Assembly (NCBI GenBank): GCA_021846025.1
Contig: JAJZDV010000001.1
Coordinates: 2,716 to 66,715, forward strand
Length of the DNA: 64,000 nucleotides
Direction: 5' to 3'
Source: Pseudomonadota bacterium
GTDB taxonomy: Bacteria > Pseudomonadota > Gammaproteobacteria > Burkholderiales > Burkholderiaceae_C
Shown: positions 1 through 10,315 of the stretch, piece after piece
Layout: every line of letters starts with the position of its first letter
Position numbering within the stretch: position 1 is the first letter of the stretch
Program-made: the position numbers and the translations under genes
The notes under the pieces: generated by a model
The model's input: only the letters and a program-made list of their open reading frames with translations
Databases searched by the model: none
What the model was told of the DNA's origin: nothing

Positions 1-460
1 TGCGCCGGCGGGTCTTGAGTCGTGGGAAAAAGGCATAGACCTTCTCCAGCGAGTTCAGTATTGCGGCCCGACCATCGCGCCGGCTGTAGGCGCCTGCCAG
101 CAGGTTGTCCTCGATGCTCAGATGGGCGAAGCAATGCCGACCTTCCATCACCTGCACCACACCACGCTTAACCAGCGTCGGCGCATCGTCCTGGTCAATG
201 CGCCGACCGCCGAAATGGATGCTGCCTTGGGTCACCTGACCGCGCTCGGCGCGCAGCAGGCAGGAGATGGCGCGCAACGTGGTGGTCTTGCCTGCGCCAT
301 TGCCGCCCAGCAAGGCGACGATGCGCCCGGCGGGTACGCTCAGCGACACGCCTTTGAGCACCAGGATGACGTGGTTGTAGATGACCTCGATGCCGTTGAC
401 GTGCAACAAGGCGTCCTGTGCGGCCACGGGCTGGGCCGTGATGGGTAGAGTCGGTGTCAT
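1..460 (-). CDS. ABC transporter ATP-binding protein, LivF-like (3' part runs off the window)
   Basis: Translated by hand (absent from ORF track): MTPTLPITAQ...LLHVNGIEVIYNHVILVLKGVSL...LLGGNGAGKTTTLRAIS; Walker A GGNGAGKT; follows the other Liv-type genes. Confidence 0.9.
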   Translation of the reverse strand, partial: MTPTLPITAQPVAAQDALLHVNGIEVIYNHVILVLKGVSLSVPAGRIVALLGGNGAGKTTTLRAISCLLRAERGQVTQGSIHFGGRRIDQDDAPTLVKRGVVQVMEGRHCFAHLSIEDNLLAGAYSRRDGRAAILNSLEKVYAFFPRLKTRRR

Positions 461-591
461 GCGGAGTGGGGCGGGTGGAGATCTGCGGGAATCGATGTCT
501 GGGCGTTGCGCAGAGGGCTGCGAAGACCGCGTGCGACGCTGCCGGGCCACGATGGCAAGCGCCGCGGGCAGGCCCGGCAGGGCTTGCGCAC

Positions 592-1932
592 TCAGGTCCC
601 GGAGGCTTCTTTAGCGCAGTCACGCGGCGTGATGTCGCGCTCCTTCGCATACTTGGCCGCTGCCTGCCGCACCATCGGTTTGATGATCTGCATGTCGGCA
701 TCCAGCCACTCGGGCGACATCACCCACTTGGCACCGTCCCAGGTCTGCACACGCGCCCAACTCGAACCCAGATGGTTTTCGCAGGTTGTGCGCAGGGGGC
801 GCAACTGGCCGTCCACACCCAGGCGCTTGAGCGCGGCGTCGTTCAGGTCGAGGTTTTCCAAGCCCCAGCGTACCTGCTCGCCGGTCAAGGGTTTCTTGCC
901 GTATTGCTCCTGTGCGCGGCGTACACCCTCCACCGCAAGAATGGCTGAATACACGCCGCGGTTGTAGAGCACCTGGCCCACCAAGTCGCGCGGACCCGTG
1001 CCCTGGTTCTTGTCGTACACCTGCTTGAGGATGTCCTGCTGCACCCGGCCGATGCCGGAGCCGTATTGCATCGCCAGCGCGCGGTAACCCTTGGCGTCGG
1101 CGCCGACGTCTTTCACGTCAGGCTCGGCTCCCGACCACCACACGCCGTACATGTGATCCAGCGGGTAGGCGGTGGCAATGGCTTCCTTCAAGGCTGTGGA
1201 GTTCATCACCCCCCAGCCCCACAGCAGCACATAGTCCGGACGATCGCGGCGGACTTGCAGCCAGGTGGACTTCTGCTCCACACCGGGGGCGGTCACCGGC
1301 AATTTGTCGAGCGTAAAACCGTGCATCTTGGCGCGCTCTTCAAGCATCGCGATGGGCTCTTTGCCATAGGGCGAGTCGTGATAGACGAGGGCGATCTTCT
1401 TGCCTTTGAGCTTGGAGGCCCCGCCTTCGCGCTTGATGATGTCCTGCATGATGATGTCGGCCGCCGTCCAGTAACTGCCCAGCAGCGGGTAGTTCCACTT
1501 GAAGACGGCACCGTCCTGCGATTCGGAGCGACCGTAGCCGGCGGTGATCAACGGAATCTTGTCTTTCGGCGCCTTTTCCGTGAGTGCGAAGGTCACGCCG
1601 GTGGACAGCGGCTGAAACACGGCAGCCCCCGTCGGTCCCTTGCCTTTGAGGCGCTCGTAGCATTCCACCCCCCGATCGGTGGCGTAGCCGGTTTCGCACT
1701 CCTCGAACGTGATCTTCACGCCGTTGATGCCGCCATCGCGGGCGTTGAGCATCTTCAGGTAATCCACATAACCGTTGGCCCAAGGCACGCCGTTGGGGCC
1801 GTAAGGGCCGGAGCGGTAGACCAGCACCGGGAAAAATTGCTCGGCCGGCGCTGCCTGCACCGAAGGCGCGAACAGCGCGCCAGACAGAGCCAGGGCCAGT
1901 GCGGCATGACGCAGGGATGGATGCAACTTCAT
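592..1932 (-). CDS. ABC transporter substrate-binding protein (Liv/periplasmic binding protein type 1 family)
   Basis: Signal peptide; YRSGPY...RDGGINGVK...ECETGY...GVECYERLK motifs; AAGGAG RBS; operon context. Confidence 0.9.
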   Translation of the reverse strand: MKLHPSLRHAALALALSGALFAPSVQAAPAEQFFPVLVYRSGPYGPNGVPWANGYVDYLKMLNARDGGINGVKITFEECETGYATDRGVECYERLKGKGPTGAAVFQPLSTGVTFALTEKAPKDKIPLITAGYGRSESQDGAVFKWNYPLLGSYWTAADIIMQDIIKREGGASKLKGKKIALVYHDSPYGKEPIAMLEERAKMHGFTLDKLPVTAPGVEQKSTWLQVRRDRPDYVLLWGWGVMNSTALKEAIATAYPLDHMYGVWWSGAEPDVKDVGADAKGYRALAMQYGSGIGRVQQDILKQVYDKNQGTGPRDLVGQVLYNRGVYSAILAVEGVRRAQEQYGKKPLTGEQVRWGLENLDLNDAALKRLGVDGQLRPLRTTCENHLGSSWARVQTWDGAKWVMSPEWLDADMQIIKPMVRQAAAKYAKERDITPRDCAKEASGT

Positions 1933-2004
1933 GGTGTCTCCTTCGTGGTGTGGGTGAAAAATGGTTGGGGTCAGGTCAGGGTCGGATGCCGGATCAACCC
2001 GCGC

Positions 2005-3069
2005 TCAATGCGGGAACGGCCAGGTGCGCAGTTTGTTTTTGGCCGTGATCCACAGCCGCGCCAGGCCATGCGGCTCGACGATCAGAAAGAACACGATCAG
2101 CGCACCGAACACCATCAGTTCCAGATGCGTCACCAGGCTGGTCGAGAGTTGCAACCCGACCATGGCCGGGAGTCGGTTGAGGGCGATGGGCAGCAGCACG
2201 ATGAAGGCGGCACCGAAAAAACTGCCCATGACCGAGCCCAGGCCGCCGATGATGATCATGAAGAGCAGCTTGAAGGACATGTCGATGTTGAACGCTGCCG
2301 GCTCCCACGAGCCCAGGTGGACGAAGGCCCACAGCGCCCCCGCGATGCCGACGATGAAGCTGCTGACACCGAAGGCCGAGAGCTTCGCGCGCACAGGCGA
2401 GATGCCGATGACGCTGGCTGCGACATCCATGTCGCGCGTGGCCATCCACTCGCGGCCCTTGCGTGCGCGCACCAGGTTTTTCACCCCCAGCGCGATGACG
2501 CACAGCAGGGTCAGACAAAGCAGGTACTTACGTGCCGAGCCTTCGATCGCCAGACCGAAAACATCAAGGCTTGGCGCCGTGACCGAGCCCGAGGCCGAGC
2601 CCTTGGTCAACCAGGCCACATGCGAGAACAACCAGTCGGCGAGGAACTGAGCTGCAAGCGTCGCCACCGCCAGGTACAGGCCACGGATGCGCAGGCTTGG
2701 CAGGCCGAACACCATGCCCACGGCGGCTGCGATCAGCCCGGCGAGCAGCAGCGCCAGCAGCAGGGGGACGCCGGGCAGGCGCGCCATGAGGTTGAAGGCG
2801 GCGTAAGCACCCACCGCCATGAAGGCGCCAGTCCCCAGCGAAATCTGGCCGCAGTAACCCACCAGCACATTCAGCCCCAGTGCGGCCAGTGACAGGATGA
2901 GAAACGGAATGAGCAGGGCCCGCAGCCAATAGTCCGAGCCCCAGGCTGGCACCAGCACGAACGCGACAAGCAGCACGGCGATGATGAAGAGCCGGTCTTG
3001 CAGGATGGGGAAGAGCTGCGCGTCGGCCGCATAGCTGGTCTTGAACTGGCCGTTTTCGCGGTAGAGCAT
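2005..3069 (-). CDS. ABC transporter permease, LivM-like
   Basis: Hydrophobic; GYCGQISLG, GLPSLRIRGLYLAVATLA, IIGGLGS motifs. Confidence 0.92.
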   Translation of the reverse strand: MLYRENGQFKTSYAADAQLFPILQDRLFIIAVLLVAFVLVPAWGSDYWLRALLIPFLILSLAALGLNVLVGYCGQISLGTGAFMAVGAYAAFNLMARLPGVPLLLALLLAGLIAAAVGMVFGLPSLRIRGLYLAVATLAAQFLADWLFSHVAWLTKGSASGSVTAPSLDVFGLAIEGSARKYLLCLTLLCVIALGVKNLVRARKGREWMATRDMDVAASVIGISPVRAKLSAFGVSSFIVGIAGALWAFVHLGSWEPAAFNIDMSFKLLFMIIIGGLGSVMGSFFGAAFIVLLPIALNRLPAMVGLQLSTSLVTHLELMVFGALIVFFLIVEPHGLARLWITAKNKLRTWPFPH

Positions 3070-3081
3070 GGTTGGTCTTCC

Positions 3082-3978
3082 TCAGACGCGATCAATGATG
3101 CGTTCGCCGAACAGACCCTGCGGCCGCAGCAGCAGGAAGCCCAGCGCCAGCAGATAAGCGAACCAGCTCTCGATGCCGCCACCCAGCATCGGGCCGAGAT
3201 AGACCTCAGCGAGCTTTTCGCCGACGCCGACGATCAACCCACCGACGATGGCGCCCGGCACCGAGGTGAGTCCGCCGAGGATGACCACCGGCAGACCTTT
3301 GAGGGCGATGAGCGAGAGCGAGAACTGCACCCCCAGCTTGGAGCCCCAGATCATCCCTGTGACCAGTGCCACCAGACCGGCGATGGACCAGACGATGACC
3401 CACATGCGCGACAACGGGATGCCGATGGATTGCGCCGCCTGATGGTCGTCTGCAACCGCCCGCAGCGCGCGGCCGATCTCGGATTTCTGGAAGAACAGGG
3501 TCAGCAGGGCCACCAGCAGAGCGGCTGCCAGTGTGGCGATGAGGTCTTCGCGGCTCAGCAGAAGACCGCCTGGAATCAGCCCGGCCAGAACCAGCGTGGG
3601 CTGTTTGGCCAGGCCTAGATCGATGCGGTAGATGTCATCGCCCCAGAGCATTTGTCCCAGGCCTTCGAGAAAGTAGGCAATGCCCAGCGTCGCCATCAGC
3701 AGGGTGACGCCTTCCTGGTTCACCAGGTGGCGCAGCACCAGGCGCTCGATCAGCCAGGCCAGCACCACCATCACACCAAAGGCCAGCAAAAAAGCCAGCG
3801 GCCAGGGCATGTGCTCCTGCAGACGCGCCATCGTCAGTGCGGCGAACAGCACCATCGCTCCCTGGGCGAAATTGAACACGCCGCTGGCTTTGTAGATGAG
3901 CACGAAGCCGAGGGCTATGAGGGCGTAGAGCACGCCGGCCATCAGTCCTGCGATCAGGGTTTCGAGCAAAAATCCCAT
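3082..3978 (-). CDS. ABC transporter permease, LivH-like
   Basis: YALIALGFVLIYKASGVFNFAQG, GRALRAVADD, ILGGLTS motifs. Confidence 0.92.
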   Translation of the reverse strand: MGFLLETLIAGLMAGVLYALIALGFVLIYKASGVFNFAQGAMVLFAALTMARLQEHMPWPLAFLLAFGVMVVLAWLIERLVLRHLVNQEGVTLLMATLGIAYFLEGLGQMLWGDDIYRIDLGLAKQPTLVLAGLIPGGLLLSREDLIATLAAALLVALLTLFFQKSEIGRALRAVADDHQAAQSIGIPLSRMWVIVWSIAGLVALVTGMIWGSKLGVQFSLSLIALKGLPVVILGGLTSVPGAIVGGLIVGVGEKLAEVYLGPMLGGGIESWFAYLLALGFLLLRPQGLFGERIIDRV

Positions 3979-4002
3979 CGTGTGCTCCGGTCGGTGCTTG
4001 AA

Positions 4003-4863
4003 TCAGGCGGCGTCGCTGCCGAGATAGGCGCGAATGACTTCGGGATCGGCACGCACCGCGCCGGGTGTGCCATCGGCGATGAGACGGCCGTAGTCGAGCA
4101 CGACGACACGGTCGGACAGATCCATCACCACCCCCATGTCGTGCTCGATCAGCACGATGGTGGTGCCGAACTCTTCGCGCACATCGAGGATGAAACGGCA
4201 CATGTCCTCCTTTTCCTCCTGGTTCATTCCGGCCATGGGCTCGTCGAGCAGCAGCAACTGGGGTTGCATCGCCAACGCCCGCCCAAGGTCCACCCGCTTT
4301 TGCAGGCCGTAGGGAAGGCGCCCCACCGGCTGCTTACGCCAGGCCTGGATTTCGAGGAAGTCGATCAGGTGCTCGACCACCTCACGCTGCGCCATTTCCT
4401 CTCGTTGCGCCGGCCCCAGGCGCAGTGCCTGAGCCAGCAGCCCGCAGCGCATGTGCAGGCTGCGTCCGGCCATGATGTTGTCGAGCACGCTCATGCCCGA
4501 AAACAGCGCCAGGTTCTGGAAGGTACGGGCAATGCCCAGGTGCGCCGCCAGGGCTGGCTGCATGCGGGCATGGCTGCGGCCGTCGAAGCGCACGCTGCCC
4601 CGCTGCGGCTGGTAGACGCCGCCGACGACATTGAGCAGCGAGCTCTTGCCAGCACCGTTGGGCCCGATGATGGCGCGAATCTCGCCTCGTCGCACCTCGA
4701 ATCCCACGCCTTGCAGCGCCTGGATGCCCCCGAATGCCAGGTGGATGTCGACGAGTTCGAGCAGCGCGTCGGCGCGGCCGGTCGATGTCGCAATGGCTTG
4801 CCCACGGGCGATTGAGGCAGGGGATTGTTGCGCGGAATCAGGCCGGCGCAGGGTGAGGTTCAT
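4003..4863 (-). CDS. ABC transporter ATP-binding protein, LivG-like
   Basis: Walker A GPNGAGKS, RTFQN, LPYG signature, LLLLDEPMAG, IEHDM, C-terminal VIRAYLG. Confidence 0.93.
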   Translation of the reverse strand: MNLTLRRPDSAQQSPASIARGQAIATSTGRADALLELVDIHLAFGGIQALQGVGFEVRRGEIRAIIGPNGAGKSSLLNVVGGVYQPQRGSVRFDGRSHARMQPALAAHLGIARTFQNLALFSGMSVLDNIMAGRSLHMRCGLLAQALRLGPAQREEMAQREVVEHLIDFLEIQAWRKQPVGRLPYGLQKRVDLGRALAMQPQLLLLDEPMAGMNQEEKEDMCRFILDVREEFGTTIVLIEHDMGVVMDLSDRVVVLDYGRLIADGTPGAVRADPEVIRAYLGSDAA

Positions 4864-4888
4864 CGCGTGTGTTCTCGGTGGGGTGAAC

Positions 4889-6856
4889 TCAGGCGGCTTG
4901 GCGCAGCGCAGGGTGGATCGCGGCGTCGATCAATGGCAAGTCAGCCTGCACCGAGCTGGTGCGGCCATCGTCGAAACGCACCTGCACCTGGAGGCGCTGC
5001 TGCCGCAGACCAGGGTCGTAGAGTGCGTCCACCAGGTCAGCGAATTTTTGCGCGACGAAGCGTCTCCTCACCTTGCGGGTGCGGGTGAGTTCTTCGTCGT
5101 CCGGATCCAGTTCCTTGTGCAGCACAGCGAAGCGATGCACCTGCAATCCAGCCGTGCGTGGATCGGTGGCGAGATCGGCGTTCACACGCGCCACGCAATC
5201 CGCCAGCAGTGTCAGCACTTCGGGTCTGGCGGCGAGATCGGCGTAGCCGCTGTAGGGCAGGGCACGCTTTTCGGCCCAGTTGCCAACGGCCGCGAAGTCG
5301 ATGTTCAGCAGCGCCACCACATGCGCGCGCTCGGCGCCATAAGCCACCGCTTCCTTGATCACCGGGTAAAACTTGAGCTTGTTCTCGATCAGCTTGGGCG
5401 CGAACAGCGTGCCATCGGCTAGCCGCGACACATCCTTGGCGCGATCGATGATGCGCAACTGCCCGTCGGGTTCGATCCAGCCGGCGTCTCCCGTGTGGTA
5501 CCAGCCGTCGGCGTCGAGCACCTCGGCCGTGGCCTCGGGATTGAGGTAGTACTCGCGCAACAGCCCCGCGCTGCGCAGCACGATCTCGCCGCTGTTGCTC
5601 ACGCGCAATTCCACCCCCGGTGCGGGCAGGCCGACGCTGTCGCTGCGCGCACCGCCATCCGGTTGCATGCAGACGAAGACTGCAGTCTCGGTCGAGCCGT
5701 AAAGCTGCTTGAGGTTGATGCCGATGCCACGGTAAAAGCGGAACAGTTCGGGGCCGATGGCCTCGCCCGCGGTGTAGGCCACACGCACCCGGCTCAGGCC
5801 AAGCCTGTTGCGCAGCGGCGCCAGCATCAGCGCGTTGGCCAGGAGCATCAACAAGCGGTCGCGCAGCGCCGCATGGCCACCAGCGTCGCGTTCACCCTGC
5901 ACCCGTTCGGCCAGGGCGATACTGGCACGGTACAGCCAGCGTTTGAAACCCGCGGCGTCGTCCATGCGGATCTGCACGTCGGTGAGCAGGGCTTCGAAGA
6001 CGCGCGGTGGGGCGAAGTAGTAGGTCGGGCCGATTTCGCCAAGGTCGATGGCCACGGTGGAAGGTGACTCCGGACAGTTCACCGTGTAGCCGCAGACCAG
6101 ATGCTGGGCGTAGGAAAAGATGTTCTGCCCGATCCACGCTGCTGGCAGGTAAGCCAGGACTTCTTCTCGTGCCGTGAGTCGGTCGAATCCGGCGCCGGCG
6201 CGGGCGCGGTCGATCAGGCTGGCGTGGGTATGGACCACGCCCTTGGGAAAGCCGGTGGTGCCGGATGTGAAGAACAGCGCCGCCACGTCCTGCGGCCGCC
6301 CTTGCGCCACCGCTTGCTCGAACCGATCGGGGTGCAGAGCCAGGTGCTGCCGTCCCAGCTCCTCGACCTCGTCCAGGCTGCGCAACCCTTGTGCCGTGGT
6401 GCGGCGCAGGCCGCGCGGGTCGTGGAACAGGATGTGCTCGAGCAAGGGCAGCGTCTCGCGCACGCTCAGCAGCTTGTCCACCTGTTCCTGGTCTTCAACG
6501 ACGGCAAAGCGCATCGTCGCCAGTTTCAGGGGATAGGCCAGCTCGGCGGCAACGGCGTCTTGATAAAGTGCAGCCGGAATGGCGCCGAGGCTTTGCGCCG
6601 CCAGCATCACCGCGTACAGGCGTGGCCGGTTTTCGCCAACGATGGCCACATGCTCGCCGCGTTGCAAGCCCAACGCTGCCAGGCCACAGGCCAGACAGCG
6701 CACCCAGTCCAGCGCCTGTGCCCAGGTGGTCGGTTGCCAGACGCCCAGCTTCTTTTCGCGCCAGGCCACGCCGTTGGGTCGTTGCCGGGCATGTTGCAGC
6801 AGCAACCGGGGAAAGGTTGCCGTGTCTCCGGATTGCGCTGCCGGCCAATCATCCAT
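4889..6856 (-). CDS. Long-chain-fatty-acid--CoA ligase family (AMP-dependent synthetase)
   Basis: FTSGTTGFPKG, YGSTE, GWYHTGD, IIDRAKD motifs; ATG at 6856 preceded by AGGAG, preferred over track start 6925. Confidence 0.9.
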   Translation of the reverse strand: MDDWPAAQSGDTATFPRLLLQHARQRPNGVAWREKKLGVWQPTTWAQALDWVRCLACGLAALGLQRGEHVAIVGENRPRLYAVMLAAQSLGAIPAALYQDAVAAELAYPLKLATMRFAVVEDQEQVDKLLSVRETLPLLEHILFHDPRGLRRTTAQGLRSLDEVEELGRQHLALHPDRFEQAVAQGRPQDVAALFFTSGTTGFPKGVVHTHASLIDRARAGAGFDRLTAREEVLAYLPAAWIGQNIFSYAQHLVCGYTVNCPESPSTVAIDLGEIGPTYYFAPPRVFEALLTDVQIRMDDAAGFKRWLYRASIALAERVQGERDAGGHAALRDRLLMLLANALMLAPLRNRLGLSRVRVAYTAGEAIGPELFRFYRGIGINLKQLYGSTETAVFVCMQPDGGARSDSVGLPAPGVELRVSNSGEIVLRSAGLLREYYLNPEATAEVLDADGWYHTGDAGWIEPDGQLRIIDRAKDVSRLADGTLFAPKLIENKLKFYPVIKEAVAYGAERAHVVALLNIDFAAVGNWAEKRALPYSGYADLAARPEVLTLLADCVARVNADLATDPRTAGLQVHRFAVLHKELDPDDEELTRTRKVRRRFVAQKFADLVDALYDPGLRQQRLQVQVRFDDGRTSSVQADLPLIDAAIHPALRQAA

Positions 6857-7002
6857 GTCGTCTCCTGAGCCTGCACTCGGCGGATCGCAGGTTGGTATTC
6901 GCCCGCAATCGTCATACTTGGCCACCGAACTCGTCGTTTCGGTGGGTTTACTCGAAGCGTTTACATTTTGTCATGGAGTTTAGGCCTGAATTTGGCGCAT
7001 AT

Positions 7003-7020
7003 TTGTCTCCAAAACGACAA
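7003..7020. promoter_or_regulatory. Palindromic operator candidate TTGTC-N8-GACAA
   Basis: ttgtc-tccaaaac-gacaa in the divergent intergenic region between ligase operon and Crp/Fnr regulator. Confidence 0.5.
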
Positions 7021-7029
7021 TCAAGCGCC

Positions 7030-7773
7030 ATGAAGCCTAGGGATTACACCGAATTCAACCAGTCCTGCCTGTGGATGGCCGAGTTGCAGGACAGCGAACG
7101 CCTGCGTGTGCACCACGATTTGCGTGTGCAGGTGTTTGAGCCTGGCGCCCCTGTCTGCCAACGCGGCCAGAGCGCCGAGCATTGGGTTGGGGTGCTCAGC
7201 GGGCTGGTGAAGGTGTCATCGGTCTCGCTTTCGGGCAAGACCATCACCTACACGGGCGTGGCGCCCGGGGGCTGGTTCGGCGAGGGCACGCTGCTCAAGC
7301 GCGACATCTGGAAGTACGACGTGATCGCCTTGCGCAGAAGCCGGATCGGTCTGTTGCCGGCAGAAACCTTTTTTTGGCTGCTCGAGCGCAGCCTGGCGTT
7401 CAACCACACCATCGTCAACCAGCTCAACGAGCGTCTGGGTCAGTTCATCGGGCAACTGCAGATCGACCGGCTTTCGGGCTCGGACGAGCGCGTGGCCCAC
7501 ACCCTGGCTGCCATGTTCCATCCGGTGCTGTATCCGGGCGTGGGGCAGTTGCTGCGCGTGACGCAAGAGGAATTGGGCTACCTCTGCGGGTTGTCACGCC
7601 AGCGCGTGAACCAGGCCCTGCAGCGCCTCTCCAGCCTGGGTCTGCTGCGCCTGCGCTATGGCGGCATCGAGGTCCCCGATGCCTCCCGGCTGCGAGCCTT
7701 CGAGTCATCCCACGTCGAGACGCATGAAGCGGCCCGTGGCGTGCAGCGCGTGACGCAGCACGAGGCTGATTGA
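7030..7773 (+). CDS. Crp/Fnr family transcriptional regulator
   Basis: cNMP-binding-like domain (PGGWFGEG) and C-terminal HTH (TQEELGYLCGLSRQRVNQAL); ATG 7030; upstream part of the track ORF is antisense overlap with the ligase. Confidence 0.9.
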   Translation: MKPRDYTEFNQSCLWMAELQDSERLRVHHDLRVQVFEPGAPVCQRGQSAEHWVGVLSGLVKVSSVSLSGKTITYTGVAPGGWFGEGTLLKRDIWKYDVIALRRSRIGLLPAETFFWLLERSLAFNHTIVNQLNERLGQFIGQLQIDRLSGSDERVAHTLAAMFHPVLYPGVGQLLRVTQEELGYLCGLSRQRVNQALQRLSSLGLLRLRYGGIEVPDASRLRAFESSHVETHEAARGVQRVTQHEAD

Positions 7774-7804
7774 GTCCGCCTGGGCAGTGCTGGCAGTCCT
7801 GCTG

Positions 7805-8431
7805 TCAGGCGACGGGTTTGGACTGCAGCACGAGGCCGATTTCGAAGATTCCCAACGGGTGGGGAACCTGGGCGTAGGGCGGCGCCGGCCAGTTCCAGCG
7901 CGTTGCGGGAAACAGCGCGCGCATGGCGTGAATGTCGCAGTGATACGGTGGCCCCTGGATCAGGCCCTGGGCCGCGCCATCCTGGAGCGTTTGCATGAAG
8001 AGCGCCAGCAGCCGCCCATCCGGCCGGAGCCAGGCATGCAACCGCTCGGCATAGCGCATCCAGTCGTCCGGATGCAGCGCGCACAAACAGGTTTGCTCGT
8101 AAATAGCGTCGAAAAGGCCATCATCCGGCGTCCATTCGCGCACATCAGCCTTCAAAATTGTCGCATGCAGGCCTGCTGCCTCGAGGCGCGCTGCCACCCG
8201 GTCGACGGCAGCCGGCGCATAGTCCAGCGCCGTGACCTCGAAACCCATGGCAGCCAGGGCCAGAACTTCGTGGCCGTTGCCACAGCCTGGAACCAGGATA
8301 CGGCCGTGGCTGAGCGCACCACGTTCCAGCCATGCAAGCAGCTGCGGGTTGGCCGAACCGCGATCCCAGGGCGTGAGGTTTTGCTCGAACAGGCGCTGCC
8401 AAAAAGGGCGATCGGGTCCCACCATGGCCAT
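7805..8431 (-). CDS. Thiopurine S-methyltransferase (TPMT)-family SAM-dependent methyltransferase
   Basis: FWQRLF..TPWD, ILVPGCGNG motif I, FDAIYEQTCLCAL, GPPY. Confidence 0.85.
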   Translation of the reverse strand: MAMVGPDRPFWQRLFEQNLTPWDRGSANPQLLAWLERGALSHGRILVPGCGNGHEVLALAAMGFEVTALDYAPAAVDRVAARLEAAGLHATILKADVREWTPDDGLFDAIYEQTCLCALHPDDWMRYAERLHAWLRPDGRLLALFMQTLQDGAAQGLIQGPPYHCDIHAMRALFPATRWNWPAPPYAQVPHPLGIFEIGLVLQSKPVA

Positions 8432-8648
8432 GGTCTCCAGTGCGGTTGGGTGCGGGGAGGGGGCGTGGTTACGGGCTCCAATCCTGGGTTTTACGCCGGA
8501 AATATGGACCAGAGCGCTGCAGATTCAACAACCTCTGTGTTGCAGGAACGGGTGTTGGCTGGCCACCAACGGCATTCATGCAGTCTCAATAGAATGCATA
8601 GAATGCACAACTTCCTTCGGGACAACCCGAATACCCAACCCCCAACCC

Positions 8649-9473
8649 ATGAACCTTGCGCCCAAGCCGCCGCTGGTCGAATTCGACGCCGTCGAGTTTG
8701 GCTACGGCATGCGCCCTGTGCTCACGCAGGTTTCGCTGCGGGTGATGCCCGGCGAGGTGGTGGCCATCATGGGCGCCTCCGGAGGCGGCAAGACCACGAC
8801 GCTGCGCCTGATCGGCGGCCAGATCCAGGCCACGGCCGGCATGGTGCGCTTCGACGGCCAGGATGTGGGCGCCATGCGGCATCACGAGTTGTACGCCGCG
8901 CGCCGGCGCATGGGCATGTTGTTCCAGATGGGGGCGTTATTCACCGACCAGACGGTATTCGACAATGTGGCGTTCGCCTTGCGCGAGCACACCCGGCTAC
9001 CCGACAGCATGGTTCGAGATCTGGTGCTGATGAAGCTCAACGCCGTGGGCCTGCGCGGCGCACGCGACCTCTACCCCGCCCAGCTCTCCGGTGGCATGGC
9101 CCGGCGCGTGGCCTTGGCACGCGCCATTGCGCTCGACCCTGCGCTGGTCATGTACGACGAGCCGTTCGCCGGGCTCGATCCCATAGCGCTGGGCATTTCC
9201 GCGCGACTGATCCGCACCCTGAACGACGCACTGGGGCTGACCAGCATCGTCGTCTCGCACGACGTGGACGAAACCTTCGCCATCGCCGATCGCGTGTTCA
9301 TCCTGGGCAACGGCACCCTCATTGCCGAAGGTACGCCGGCTGAGTTGCGCGCCAGCGCCGATCCGCTGGTGAACCAGTTCGTGCGTGGCGAACCTGACGG
9401 GCCGGTCAGTTTCCACTATCCGGCGGCGCCGTTGCAAGCTGACTTTCTGGGCACTCAGGCAGCGCGGCCATGA
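8649..9473 (+). CDS. mlaF: Phospholipid ABC transporter ATP-binding protein MlaF
   Basis: [37 protein letters not shown]; first gene of mla operon. Confidence 0.93.
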   Translation: MNLAPKPPLVEFDAVEFGYGMRPVLTQVSLRVMPGEVVAIMGASGGGKTTTLRLIGGQIQATAGMVRFDGQDVGAMRHHELYAARRRMGMLFQMGALFTDQTVFDNVAFALREHTRLPDSMVRDLVLMKLNAVGLRGARDLYPAQLSGGMARRVALARAIALDPALVMYDEPFAGLDPIALGISARLIRTLNDALGLTSIVVSHDVDETFAIADRVFILGNGTLIAEGTPAELRASADPLVNQFVRGEPDGPVSFHYPAAPLQADFLGTQAARP

Positions 9474-10258
9474 ACAGCGTCCTCGGCTTCCTCGCTGCCA
9501 TCGGTCTCGGCACCCGCCGACTGCTGGCCAACCTCGGCTACGGCCTGCGTTTGTTCCTGCGCCTGTTGGCGCTGTTGCCCAGCGCATTGCGTCGCCCGCA
9601 GCTCATTGCCCAGCAGGTGTTCTTCCTGGGCAACTATTCGCTCTCCATCATCGCCGTGTCGGGCTTGTTCGTCGGCTTCGTGCTCGGGCTACAGGGCTAC
9701 TACACCCTGTCCCGCTACGGCGCTGCCAACTCGCTCGGCCTGCTGGTGGCGCTCAGTCTGGTGCGCGAACTCGGCCCGGTGGTCACGGCCTTGTTGTTCG
9801 CCGGGCGCGCCGGCACTTCGCTGACGGCCGAGATCGGGCTGATGAAAGCAGGGGAGCAGATTTCAGCGATGGAGATGATGGCGGTTGACCCGATGGCGCG
9901 CATCCTGGCGCCCCGCTTCGTCGGTGGCCTCATCGCCATGCCCCTCCTGGCCGCCGTGTTCAGCGCCGTGGGCATTGTCGGCGGTTATGTTGTCGGTGTG
10001 CTGATGATCGGCGTCGATTCGGGCGCCTTCTGGTCGCAGATGCAAAGCGGGGTGGACGTGTTCAAGGACGTTGGCAACGGCGTCGTCAAGAGCCTGGTGT
10101 TCGGCGTGGCCGTCACCTTCATTGCGCTTGACCAAGGTTGGCGCGCTCAGCCCACGCCCGAGGGCGTGTCGCGCGCCACCACCCGCACGGTGGTGGTGGC
10201 CTCACTGGCCGTGCTGGGGCTGGATTTCCTGTTGACGGCGCTGATGTTCAGCACCTGA
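9470..10258 (+). CDS. mlaE: Lipid asymmetry ABC permease MlaE
   Basis: [42 protein letters not shown]. Confidence 0.95.
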   Translation: MNSVLGFLAAIGLGTRRLLANLGYGLRLFLRLLALLPSALRRPQLIAQQVFFLGNYSLSIIAVSGLFVGFVLGLQGYYTLSRYGAANSLGLLVALSLVRELGPVVTALLFAGRAGTSLTAEIGLMKAGEQISAMEMMAVDPMARILAPRFVGGLIAMPLLAAVFSAVGIVGGYVVGVLMIGVDSGAFWSQMQSGVDVFKDVGNGVVKSLVFGVAVTFIALDQGWRAQPTPEGVSRATTRTVVVASLAVLGLDFLLTALMFST

Positions 10259-10315
10259 ACGCACAGGCTCGGCGCCGCCAGTGCAAAGCGTGGGGCCGAG
10301 CAACAAGGAGCATGC

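Noticed and set aside
6391-7029. Apparent N-terminal fusion on the Crp/Fnr regulator
   Set aside because: Antisense to the ligase and runs through intergenic regulatory DNA; domain begins after 7030
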